Assembly (NCBI GenBank): GCA_965644265.1
Contig: OZ286475.1
Location: forward strand, 70,122,001-70,186,000
Reading direction: 5' to 3'
Source of the DNA: Glycera tridactyla
Lineage: Eukaryota
DNA: 64,000 nucleotides
Position 1 is the first letter of the stretch. Each line of letters starts with the position of its first letter. This document shows positions 11,335 through 22,173 of the stretch, in pieces. The position numbers and the translations under genes are program-made. The notes under the pieces were generated by a model. It was not told the DNA's origin and searched no databases. It was given only the letters and a program-made list of their open reading frames with translations.

Positions 11335-13020
11335 CTACTCGCTTCTTTTCAAATGTAGTATACACTTCAATGGATGTGTAAGAACTGTGCAGTATTTGAG
11401 ATTCTTCTCCACTTTTATACTTATTCTAATACTATCGATAAATGATCTTGTCAGCGGGTGATAGAGTGGGTTAGCAATATCCATTACATCTGATCTTTCA
11501 CCACAGTTAGAATAGTGAATTAGCTTCAATAGAGGTAAGAATCGATCTTTAACATAACTATCCTGTATCAGATCACATAGGAAAAGTAACAAGCTATTTT
11601 CATTCCCTTCTGTTGTTAAGGAGGTTCATCCGTATTACTGAAAACCATAACTTTGCCATCAAACTTCACAGACATGATCATGAAGGTATCCTGTGTTCAA
11701 TGGTACAAAGAATTTCAGGGGGTACGGTACTACTTTTTGAGTTATGCAATGCCCCCTGGTGGCCATTTTCACCATTTTCCCCAAAAAATATTACTGAAGA
11801 TATCTGAGAAAAAATCACTCAGATAAATGGTGGGTAAGTTCAAAATGGATTGGATGTTGAGGTAACATATTAAACAACAAAAATGTTAAATTTGAATGAA
11901 AATTTATCACAATCTCACATGATAATTTCATAAAATAAAAAATATTATTCACAAAATTGACACTGTTTTGATTAGTTCATTACCTGAGAGATGGGATTCA
12001 TCCATAATACCATGACTTTCTTTGCAGATTCATGAGCCTAAGTCTCACAGCAACACAAAAATACCGAATATGATAGGGGTTACGGTACTTTTTAATTGGT
12101 CAAATACCGTGATTCATCGAATACATGTGGCATTAGATTCCATGCCTATCATTATGAAAGACCTATAGCTGTGTACTACCTCTCTTTACACCAGAACCCC
12201 TACATATCTTAGAGAACTTTGAGCATCAATATGCTCATGAGAACACAGTCAAACAAGAGACCATCCTATATATCACTGAATGTGGTCTCACAAAACAGGT
12301 GGTCTCTCATTGGAGGTATATTATGAAGATGTATAACTGTGTGCTACCTCTCCTAACACCAGGACCTCTGAATAATTGAAAGACCTCTGAGCATCAATAT
12401 AATCATTAGAATACAGTCAGACCTGTTACAAGAGACCATCCTATATATCACCAGGAGGTGGTCCCACAGAACAGGTGGTCTCTCATCGAGTGTATATTAT
12501 GAGATATATATACTGTAGCAGTGTGCTATCAGACCATCCTATATATTTCACCAGAAGGTGGTCTTACAGAACAGGTGCTCCATCAGAGGCATATTTCATG
12601 GCAAACTTCTGTAAATGAGCAGCCTTCCAACTAGATACATATCTACCCGAGACATCAGTGATGCTCTAATCTGGGGACATGTTTGTTTACATAAGAGTGC
12701 ATCTGAGTGACTGCACGTGTGAAAGGGGTGGGAGTGAGGGGTAATAAATGCTGGCCTGACCTCAATGACCCCTCACTGACCCATCCAAACCGTTCTCAGC
12801 CTGCGCACTGAAGATGCGCAGTCACAAAAGGGATGAACCTTCTTAACATAGTTTGAATTAGACCACATCACCACCCTTTCCCCCTCAAGCTCATTCTTGT
12901 GGGTAAAACAATGGTAAATTCATAAGGTTTGTTATCGACACACCTATCTTGACAGTCATCAGATGAAATAAAGAAGAAGTATTCGTCCTGCTCCATTGCT
13001 AGTGTGAAAGTGAATCTCAT
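11335..13020 (-). pseudogene. Minor capsid (penton, PZ), interrupted by a MITE and one stop
   Basis: ATG at 13020: MRFTFTLAMEQDEYFFFISSDD...EFTIVLP...GW*CGLIQTML. Removing 11620-12842 plus one TTAA joins it in frame to TTEGNENSLLLFLCDLIQDSYV...LYHPL; ~152 codons. Confidence 0.85.
11620..12842. mobile_element. Non-autonomous DNA transposon with TTAA TSD (Kolobok-like)
   Basis: TTAA(11616-19)|GGAGGTTCATCC ... GGATGAACCTTC|TTAA(12843-46). 12-bp TIR with 1 mismatch, RR...YY termini. Excision restores the mCP frame. Confidence 0.8.
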
Positions 13021-13028
13021 ATTATTTT

Positions 13029-14132
13029 TCACAGTTTATATAATTTGAAAGCCTTAGATTCAATCCAACTATCGTAGCTACTAGACCATCCCTTCCATTT
13101 GACATAATATTCTATCTTCCCCCGAATTTTCCGTTGTTTAATAACCTTCTCTATATCATATGTAGTCTCTTCATTTATTTGAACTCTCTGCAACTCAGAT
13201 TGATAGAAAACACCACCAATTGGATTATTATCCCAATCTTTTAATTCATACTGCGGGATATACTGATTAACTTTTAGTTTTATAATTCTAAATAACTCTT
13301 GAGTCCACTGCTCATCATATGCTTTATCATATGGTTGTCTTATAATAGATATCCTCACTATATCCCCGGCTTTATACTTATGTTTGATATTCTTTTTAGG
13401 GAACGGCTTTCGTCTACTGAATGGATTATATAATTTCTCCCAAATTTCAAAATTATCTTCACTCGTTACTAGGGCTGGTGCTTTCCCAGTGCTAGTATGC
13501 CTAGTATTGTTATAACTTTCAACTATTTTATCCAAAACTTTAACCCAACTAGTTGTTTTATATTTTCTCATATACGCAATGAGTTTTGACTTAATGGTTT
13601 TTATCGCTCTTTCCGCAATATTTGCTTTTTTATCTGTCTGTGCAAAGAATTGTTGTATCCCATTGTCCTTGAGATAGTTTGAAACAAATTTATTTTTGAA
13701 CTCGGATCCTAAATCTGACCTGATTCTCTCCGGTCTCACACCGGATACTTCGAAAATACTGTTCAATGCTTCAACAACCTCCCGCCCTTTGGTCGAAGTC
13801 ATTGGGCGTGCATGAATATATTTACTGAATACATCTATAGAAATTAGAATGTACGAATAACCATTATTTTGCTTGCTGTATTTTCGCATGAATGCAGTGT
13901 CGATATCATATTGATAATTGTTATAGGGTACAATTACTCTTGGTCTTGGGAATTTTGTTCTCACCTCACGTTGCAGTGTATAATATTCCTGTCCCTCAAG
14001 ATACTTGTCAACCTTTGCCTTTCCATACTTTTCTTCTGTTGAAGGCTTATTTTCAATAATTTTCCTTGATGAGGAAAAACTAGCAGGTGTACGAGGTTGA
14101 GTAGAACTCAGTTCTAAGAAATCTTTACCCAT
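13029..14132 (-). CDS. INT: Retroviral-like DDE integrase with C-terminal chromodomain
   Basis: QYDID, IDVFSKY, IRSDLGSEF, NIAERAIKT; YDIEKVIKQR...YYVKWKGW...DSWI chromodomain; intact. Confidence 0.95.
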   Translation of the reverse strand: MGKDFLELSSTQPRTPASFSSSRKIIENKPSTEEKYGKAKVDKYLEGQEYYTLQREVRTKFPRPRVIVPYNNYQYDIDTAFMRKYSKQNNGYSYILISIDVFSKYIHARPMTSTKGREVVEALNSIFEVSGVRPERIRSDLGSEFKNKFVSNYLKDNGIQQFFAQTDKKANIAERAIKTIKSKLIAYMRKYKTTSWVKVLDKIVESYNNTRHTSTGKAPALVTSEDNFEIWEKLYNPFSRRKPFPKKNIKHKYKAGDIVRISIIRQPYDKAYDEQWTQELFRIIKLKVNQYIPQYELKDWDNNPIGGVFYQSELQRVQINEETTYDIEKVIKQRKIRGKIEYYVKWKGWSSSYDSWIESKAFKLYKL

Positions 14133-14762
14133 CTCAATGTTTTTTCCAGTGTGGGAAAAGTATGATTTTTCGATTGTTTTGATTCAGAATCTGGTGATGC
14201 TAGAGTCCGTTTTCGCTTATTTCTAGCAGGTTTTCCGGGAGGTGGTGGAGGGTGTAATGCTCCTGCACTTGTTTGCATACTCCCTACAGACCCGAGTTCA
14301 GCTTTGCCTGACTGACTTTCTATTTGCTCGAATTCATTCATTTCTGCATGAGTGAACTGTTGATTAGGATGTGTGGTACCATCTGCATGTTCATCGCTAG
14401 TTTCATCCTGTTTTATATTGTGTCTAGTGCTCGATTCCTGTTCTGACATAATGTTACTACCTCCCCCCTCATGCATTACAGGACTTTGGAGCATTCTCAT
14501 GAGAATGTCAGTGATATTAATGTCATTTACCTCTTGCTCTCTTATGTTGATTTTCCCTGATTCATCCCAAGCAAGAACAGTTTTCAATGTTTTTCAGAAT
14601 GTTTTTACCATTGTCTCTTAGTGAAACTGGTATCTTATCTAGAATATTCGCTAATTCATCCCCGGTCCCACTCCCTTTCAAGTTTATGCAAGCCTCAGTT
14701 TCTGATTCAGCATCTTTACTCTTTTTGAGATTTGTATATTCATCAAACGGGATTGCAATCAT
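14114..14762 (-). pseudogene. Conserved Polinton hypothetical protein, frameshifted near 14590
   Basis: ORF 14562-14762 (LDKIPVSLRDNGKNIL) continues in another frame as 14114-14587 (LAWDESGKINI...NITDIL), resembling a recurrent Polinton LP..Y/R..KA..L...WD..G motif. Confidence 0.6.
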
Positions 14763-15073
14763 ATTTTTGAAAGAATAATGTCTTTGAATTGAATAAGAGT
14801 AGTGTATACTGTTCTATAATGTTTCGCAATAAGATCTCCGCTACGCTTTCCTCTCGCCTCGATTATTTTCCTCAATACTCGATCTCGCCTCTTGAGGATT
14901 ACTACTTCTCCCTCAGTGATCGGTATCGTCTCATTCAGGATATTGTATATAATTTCGCGTATGCAATGTATTTGCTCTTTATCCAAGGTATCCAAGAGTG
15001 CATGCGCTTGCAATGGACTCGCAGATAAAAGTAGCTTGAGGAATGAAGCTACTTTATCCAATGTCTCACTCAT
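14759..15073 (-). CDS. Conserved Polinton helical protein downstream of the ATPase
   Basis: LKLLL...ALL...IHCIREIIYNIL...IPIT pattern and canonical gene position. Confidence 0.65.
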   Translation of the reverse strand: MSETLDKVASFLKLLLSASPLQAHALLDTLDKEQIHCIREIIYNILNETIPITEGEVVILKRRDRVLRKIIEARGKRSGDLIAKHYRTVYTTLIQFKDIILSKI

Positions 15074-15117
15074 CTATGGGTGCTTGATGTTCGAGCAAAA
15101 AATGTGAAATGGATACT

Positions 15118-15753
15118 CTACTTTGGCGCATAGACTATTGTATCCTGTCCTGGAAAAATGCTTGTACGCAATTGGTGGAGGCGATTTCGGCGGGGTGATC
15201 GATCAATACACAGATATCCAAAATCATTGGATATTGCATCCATGTATGATTCCATCATTTCCTTCCCCATCTTCATCTGCTTCCCTATTATTTCTATTTG
15301 CAATAGATCAGACGACTCAAAGATGATGAGGTAGTGGGCATTCATATTTATTGTCCTACTAGATGGACCTTTACAGAAGAAATTCTGATTCATATATATA
15401 ACTGTTATGTTTTGATGATGTGACCCTCTTGTGAATAATACTTCAACATTTCTGCTTCTGCAGATGGAATCCATAAGATCGTCCAGAAAAACGAGACAGT
15501 GGGTACTAGTATTTTTGAAAAGATCGATATCAGATTGAGAAGGCACTCCTTCATGAAAATCAATATTGAGTCCACTCTTTTCCATCTCGTGAGAGATTGG
15601 TTGATAAATACCATAACAGTATAGGATTTTCTCAGGAGGTTCGTCAGGAAACATAGTCTTCACGTTATCCAGCAGTCTTTTGATCCATGTTGTTTTCCCA
15701 GATTGTGTTGATCCTGTTAGCACAATTGTTGTTGGAGAGATGAAAGGATACAT
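15118..15753 (-). CDS. ATP: FtsK/A32-like genome packaging ATPase
   Basis: Walker A GSTQSGKT, Walker B LVFLDDL, FTRGSHH, YMNQN; intact. Confidence 0.95.
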   Translation of the reverse strand: MYPFISPTTIVLTGSTQSGKTTWIKRLLDNVKTMFPDEPPEKILYCYGIYQPISHEMEKSGLNIDFHEGVPSQSDIDLFKNTSTHCLVFLDDLMDSICRSRNVEVLFTRGSHHQNITVIYMNQNFFCKGPSSRTINMNAHYLIIFESSDLLQIEIIGKQMKMGKEMMESYMDAISNDFGYLCIDRSPRRNRLHQLRTSIFPGQDTIVYAPK

Positions 15754-15970
15754 TTCGACTGTTCAAGGAGATCGCGTCTTTTGATATTTCAATTGCCTGC
15801 AGCTTTGCAATAAGCATTGGATAGAGAACTTCGCCTATATCGATAACCCGCTTGCGGAAACGCATGCGATCTAGAACGATGGACACCCACCCTCCATTTC
15901 GTTCTTCCTCTTTCCCAGAAGGAATGTAGTGAATTTTTAACTCTTCTGAAAACGTTACATGCAGCATCAT
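15665..15970 (-). CDS. DP71L/ICP34.5/PPP1R15 (GADD34)-like PP1 adaptor
   Basis: HVTF (RVxF-type)...ERNGGW...IVLDRMRFRKRV...EVLYPML parallels ASFV DP71L HVxF...ERKGPW...VAVDRFRFQRRI...ELLSAVL, as recalled. Confidence 0.75.
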   Translation of the reverse strand: MMLHVTFSEELKIHYIPSGKEEERNGGWVSIVLDRMRFRKRVIDIGEVLYPMLIAKLQAIEISKDAISLNSRNVSFHLSNNNCANRINTIWENNMDQKTAG

Positions 15971-16112
15971 ATGCGCAGTAAAACACTAGACGTGAAAGTA
16001 GGGAAAACCTTTGCATTGATGGCCTGTTATATGCAAGACACAATCTCATCAACTTGAAAAAAGTGGATAGTGAAGTTACTCGATGACTGTGTGAGTGTGC
16101 ATCCATAATGAG

Positions 16113-16560
16113 TCAATTAACACACCGATTTAATACATTTGCCCATGCACCTCCTATTTTATCACTCCCAGGGAATGAATTTGAATCCTGCAGCGGGATA
16201 ACATGCTCATCCAACCCGCATGAGAGAATCTTGTCAAAACTATGTGCATAAACAATTTGCCTAGCTACCGCTGCTTTCAAAGCTATTTTTATCACAGGTT
16301 GTTGTAAATATAGCTCATGACATAGTTCATATAACACTTCATCAAGCTGGCAAAGCCATTTATATGAAGGCGAGATCTGCTCATCCATGCGTCTCAGCAA
16401 TCGTTCATGCGTAGTATCCATTATTTCCTCCAGTATTGTTTGAGATTCATTGTGAAAGTGTGCTTTATTACGCAATAATGCTTGGAACATGCATTGATAT
16501 TTGAAAGATTTGAATGTGAAATCCTGAATGAAAAAGGGTGAGAGGCAACTTTCATTAGTT
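16113..16560 (-). other. NADAR (YbiA-like) domain at the pPolB C-terminus, probably catalytically degenerate
   Basis: NFY...LSPFF...KY...Q...KA...EEI...W...EVL...Q.P.IK.AL...IV...D...CGLD...D.NSFPG.DKIG matches the spacing of the NADAR consensus. Confidence 0.7.
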
Positions 16561-19500
16561 ATGATATAAAAGTTATTAGCTGGTATTGGAGTTAGAAGTA
16601 GATCCAGAGGTTCTGTATTTATTCCATCATCTAATATCTTCCTCTTGCAGTAGAAGTATGTGAACACTTTTTTCTTTTGCTGATAAGTGAGAACTTTACT
16701 TCCCTGTGATCTAATACCATGGTTTATATTTTCAACACCTGTTTTAGAGTCAAGAACATGTTTGAATATTCTATAAGGGTTTGATAAGTTCCATTTATTC
16801 ACACCCTTGGAGCTGAATTTACATTTTGTTTCATTCTTCAGTAGATAGCATTCAGATGAAAGAGAAATCATTTCATCACCAACAGCTTCTTGCTTGAATA
16901 ACCCAGGTGTTCTACTGTCAAGCTTGGTATGCTTTTCACAACAAGTTCGCGGGAGCCAAATATCTGCTCCATCTGGTAGATAAGGATCATTTGAACAGTG
17001 GAGATTCAATGTAGAAATGAATTTTTCCTTCATTTCAGGTTTCACTGCCTCTTCCAAACTATTGTGGGCAAGAGCCATATAAGCACTATCAGTATCCATC
17101 TCTGTATATTGAAAGCAATTTCTCGGGATATATTTATCGATGAAATCATAGTGAAAAGCAAGCATGTGTAATTTTGCATATTGTAAAACAAAATATCCGA
17201 GCTGGATCGGTAATTGTTCTTTCACCACATCAAGACCCATTTGTAATTCATAAAGCTCGCTGCCTAATTCAGTCATGTGACGGAATGTGGGTTTGTTCAT
17301 ATGTAATAAAAGGTCACTCTCACTTTGAGTATATTTCACACTTTGAAACCGCGATCTCTGTAATAATAAAGATCCGTAGGAACTATTACCTATGAGTTTC
17401 ATAGATTCACTTATGATTGAAAGCTTAGGATCGTCATCACCTCTTCGTCTTGCAGCAGTTACATCCTCTTCAAATTGTTTGAAACATTTTGCTTTGGAAA
17501 ACTCTACTACTTGATATATTTTGCTAACTTCAAGCCCGTGATCTATGTACCATTTGAGTAGAGGGGTTGCGAGTAAAATTTTATTTGCTTTCATTCCTCC
17601 TACAAGTGATTTCCAGGGTTTCTTGCTTAAATCATGTTTTTCAGCATGATCTTGCATGTGCTCTCCGATACAGTCAAAGGGTATATCAACTGTGCAAAAC
17701 AGTTGGGACATTTCGTGGAAATAAGCTTGTGGTTCTAGTTCATGCTTGAAATGTGAGCCCCATTCTTTCGGTACTGCAATGTCAACTTCTACCATCCCAA
17801 ATATCTCTGAAAGTACGGCTTGCAGTATCTGTTGCTCAGATATGTAAGTCTTATTAGCTCTATAGAATGCAGGGAGCAAGTGATCTGAGTTTGTATCCAT
17901 ATCATCGAAGAGCAGGCGTTCGTTTTGAAAGTCGCATTCCCACTTTTCTATGACTGTGTATCCTGATTTTTCCAAGAATAATTTCCTCTGCTGTGTCCTC
18001 GCATATCTCACTTGATGTTGTTTTCTTTCTTTCTCTGTTTTAAGATGTACATTCATACTACAAATAGCTGGATCATGCCCATGCCAAAAACACCCATTAA
18101 ACTCATACACTGTTTGAGAAGCAGCATCAAATCCATCAACTAAATAGGGACCTATTCTGAATTCTTTCCCACTATTTAATTTATGTATGATGCTCCGTCC
18201 TTCATTCATAATTATATTCTCCAACCACATATACATTTTTATATATTTGATCGGGAGACGTGGTTCGAATCTCTCATGCCTGCTTTGTCTCACATAGATC
18301 CCTACCGGCATATCTCTTGCTAATGAATGAAGGTATAGTGCATTCGCATCATATCCCACAATCGACTTGCACAACTTTTCACCTCTTATCAATGTTTCAT
18401 CTTTTTTGTGATGTCTGGTAAATATTATACTAGGTCCACCAACTATGTTCCTCTTTATGGTGTGGAATAAGTCTTCATCATCTTTCCCTATCAAACTAAA
18501 CGCTATTCGTTTCTCTCTCGCACTATTGAAAAGTAAATGTCTCGCAATTCCTGGTACTGATATAGCATTTTTGAAAACATCTATGCCCATATCTTCATAG
18601 AAGTTACGCATTTTTATCACACCTGAAATGAATGGACCAACATCAAGGTTGTTATAATACCTCAAGAAATCATGCATAGTTTCCATTCCATACTCATCCC
18701 AGGTGTGTAGGAGTCTATTATAGTTCTTCTCTCCTGAAGGTGGAGGATCCCCCTTCCCATCCCAACTTAAAAATTCAGACTCTAGAGTATTCTGCTGCTT
18801 CAAACTCGAGTAGAATGAATCATATGATGGAAGTGCAGTTTCTTCTAATTTGGCTGCTGAGGTTAACCATTCATATGGGAAGAATGATTTCTGTTCAGCT
18901 ATGTCAAATGCTTTAAGAAATCTTGCATAAGAACATCCTGGGGCTAGGAAATGAGAAACATCTAGGAAAAGGAATTTAGGAACTGCAATAGATGCATATG
19001 AATTACCCTTTTTTATCACATGTATATTTGACTTGCTATCAGTAACTAGATGCTCAATCAATTTACTCTTGACTAAATTTGAATCATATCTTGCAGAGTT
19101 GAAACCAAGAACCGGAACTTGAGAGCAATATTTCTCGAAATCATGCTTCAACTGCATAAGTCTATTTAGGATCAAATTACACTTGTTCTTCTTATTTTTC
19201 TGCTTATCCACAGTGTTATATTTAGCTTTCTTCTCAGCTAAAGTAGCGCTCTTTCTCTGCTGATGTAACAGTCTCTGATGAAATGAAATATCCTCATCTT
19301 CTTCATCATCTAATTCAATGTCGTTTATAAAATAGGTATTCTCCTCATTTGCATAGTCATCAGCTCCATAAACAGACTCTTCGGTGCTAGCATTTGATGC
19401 AGCTGAGCATTCATTTAGTAGAAAATGTTTGTGGCGAGCTTTTATCACATTCACACATACTTCCTGCGTTTGTAGATTTGGTTAGGAGATAATGACTGAA

Positions 19501-21530
19501 TCTTCAGTTGGATTTGTATGTTGGAGTTCCTCACGGTTTTGAGTTGATTGTAGGGTTTTACCGAGAGTAGTAGTATCCCTGATTTGATCAGAATCTGAGC
19601 TACTGAATAATTCAGTATTAGCACATTCTTCATCCTTTTGTGATTCTGCAGCAATGTTCTCCCATTTTATAATCAATTGATCCAGATCTTGTATAGCAGT
19701 GTTCCATTTTTTAAAACTCAATTCATTTATCTTAAAGGCAATCAAGTGTAGATAGTGATAAAAATCTCTTATCAATGTATTAGGATTTGAATCAATGATA
19801 CATTGAGGCGCAGAGAAACCGTCGATATTACTCCCCACACTAACTGAAATCGGGATATGCTCACTATTCCATACAAGGTTTTCTGTTACTCTATCATTGC
19901 TCGGTTTCAGTATTGCTTCAAAATCATAAACAATGAACCAATCAAAAGTTCGATCCTCACTTGCTACATTGATCCCATACTCCTGTAGCCTATCAAATAT
20001 TGTCTGTGGAATGCAGTGGAACCCTCCCGGAAATTTTGTTTTGGTTGCAACACTACAATGTTTCAAATGTTTTTTCACTCGCTTCTTTCTAACAAAATGT
20101 CTATAACACATGGGGCAGGCAAATTTCTTTGCATAGTCATTGAATGAAGTTATGTAACTAGCATGACGTTCATACATGTTAACATTCATAGAGTCAGTAT
20201 ACATATGATTCGATTCAAAGATGGTAGAGACTGAACCATCGGATAGCAAAGAAAAAATTTTCACACCAATCTGAAAACATTTTTCGAAATCATTCACATG
20301 AGCTATTTGAATACCAGTGAACTTCTTTGAATTATCTGGTGGTTCATCATTACAATAGCTTCTCCATTGTTCGTATTAACTTAAAACCCCACTATTTTAA
20401 GGACTGATAGCATTCGGTTTTTTACTTCGCAATCTATGTAGAGCAAGACATCTAAATAAACATAGTGAGTCTTGATAAGGAACTTGTCTTGAATCACATT
20501 CAAGCGAGATTACATACTTGTTTGATTTTATATAATCGGGGAGACTACCAACACCAAGCGCAAAATCAGTTTTATAAACAATGATGTGTATATTGGTTAT
20601 TAGATGTGGTTTCCATTTTGAATTTGGACGTTGTGATCTGATGAATTCAAATATATCTAATTCTTGTAATCTATTCACAACTCTCATCAAGTCCTCACTT
20701 TTTGAAATCATGATAGGATAGGGAAACAGATTAGCATTGACATATGGGATGAAATACCTATAACTCTGTCTCCCATTCATCTGATCCTCCTCCTCCCCAT
20801 GTGCCGTAGTCCTGCTTTCTTCATCTTCAGTAATTTTTTTAAGTATTATCCCAAATGCAAAGTTAACCTTGAATGTTGAACTCTGCTGTGCATAGACATA
20901 GGATAACCTTCGTGTTAGCTCATCGTATCCATCTTCCAGATTGTTTGTAGGGAAATTATACACACTTGAAAATTTCTTCTCTCGTTGATGTCGTAAGATA
21001 TGTTTTTTATTCTTGTTATACACTTCCTGTAGCTCATTATCTACTATCCCATCTTCACTAATCCAGGGTGGTGATGTCCAAGGTTCTTCTTGTAGCGTTG
21101 ACCTCTTTTCACCTCCATGCATTGATTCTCTATGAGTATACAACATTGTAAGGTTCGGATGCATGCTCCCACAATCAAAGCATTTATACTTTGCTGCCGC
21201 ATCGGAAGAATGGAATGCTAGATGTTGTGTGAGTTCATCTGAGTTTATGAATGCTTCATTGCAAAGATGACATGTTGAATGGTTGCAATGGGATATATGA
21301 TTTGAGAGTCGCGCTGTAGAGGAAAAGATCTTGGAACACTTGGAACAATGTACTTTCATATCCTCCATCTCATCACAACAATGCATGCGTCTCATATGTC
21401 TCTTCAAGTTATACATTCGCGTAAAATCCGCATTGCAGATATCACAGCAGAAGCGATGAAATTTTATGATAGGGTTCCTAGAGATTGTGGGTTGGGGTGC
21501 GTCTGTTAGTCCTGAATTACTCAATAGCAT
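16113..21530 (-). pseudogene. POLB: Giant ZnF-vOTU/TP-protein-primed DNA polymerase B with VSR-like nuclease insert and C-terminal NADAR-like domain; three in-frame stops
   Basis: ORFs 20397-21530, 19482-20297 and 16113-19454 share one frame (1806 codons; TAA at 20399, 20378, 19484). ExoI YDFE, ExoII FNSARYD, ExoIII YNNLDV; Pol A YDANALY, B KLIGNSSYG, C MDTDS; insert VDG...EFNGCFWHG. Confidence 0.93.
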
Positions 21531-21784
21531 GCTTCTAGTCCTCGTAGTTCCTCTATCATAGCATTGCGAACATATGGGTGAGCTGAATGTTGGAGTAGTC
21601 TGTTGAAATTAGAATTCGCAATATGTTGTTGCGAGAGTAGCGCAAGTCTTGAATGTACAATATCATCAGAGAGTAGATCATTCTGCGTGGCCCAGATAGT
21701 TAGTTGAGTAATGTCATTAAAACTATCCACTATGCTCTTCATAATTAGTGATGTCTCCTCTTTCGTTATAGCCTCCATCTTCAT
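21521..21784 (-). CDS. Hypothetical protein
   Basis: 87-aa ORF overlapping its neighbours in the co-oriented run upstream of pPolB. Confidence 0.5.
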   Translation of the reverse strand: MKMEAITKEETSLIMKSIVDSFNDITQLTIWATQNDLLSDDIVHSRLALLSQQHIANSNFNRLLQHSAHPYVRNAMIEELRGLEACY

Positions 21785-22019
21785 CAGAAAAGAATGTTCC
21801 CTCGATTAGATGGTTTGCACATTTAACAATATCCAACGTTCCACAAAGTTCGATGAACAGGTTGATGGGGAGTGAAAAAGACTTCTTATTCTTATGATAA
21901 AATAACACTATCACTTGTCCATCTTTTCGTCGCACTTTCAAGCTTAAATCAGCAGATATAGAGATTCCATATTGCTGATTTTTAAATCTATCAATATCGT
22001 CTGCATGTGTCGTATCCAT
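21723..22019 (-). CDS. Hypothetical protein, possibly PC4-like fold
   Basis: Alternating beta pattern (LSLKVRRKDGQVIVLFY) followed by KKSFSLP...F.EL; TATA-like element near 22087. Confidence 0.45.
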   Translation of the reverse strand: MDTTHADDIDRFKNQQYGISISADLSLKVRRKDGQVIVLFYHKNKKSFSLPINLFIELCGTLDIVKCANHLIEGTFFSDEDGGYNERGDITNYEEHSG

Positions 22020-22173
22020 GTGAATCGAGAGTCCGAGATTAAAGTTTCAGGGTGTTGCGAAACGTGGGCGCAAAAATGTAGTCAGATATATAGCCCCATA
22101 TTTAGAGGCGTTCTTCCTTGAACACCGGAATTGCGCCACCTACAGTGACGCTTCAGAACCAGTTATTACAAAC

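Noticed and set aside
15789-16106. 105-aa ORF as the gene between pPolB and the ATPase
   Set aside because: No recognisable motif; the overlapping frame 15665-15970 carries the DP71L-like signature. It could still contribute an N-terminus via a frameshift.
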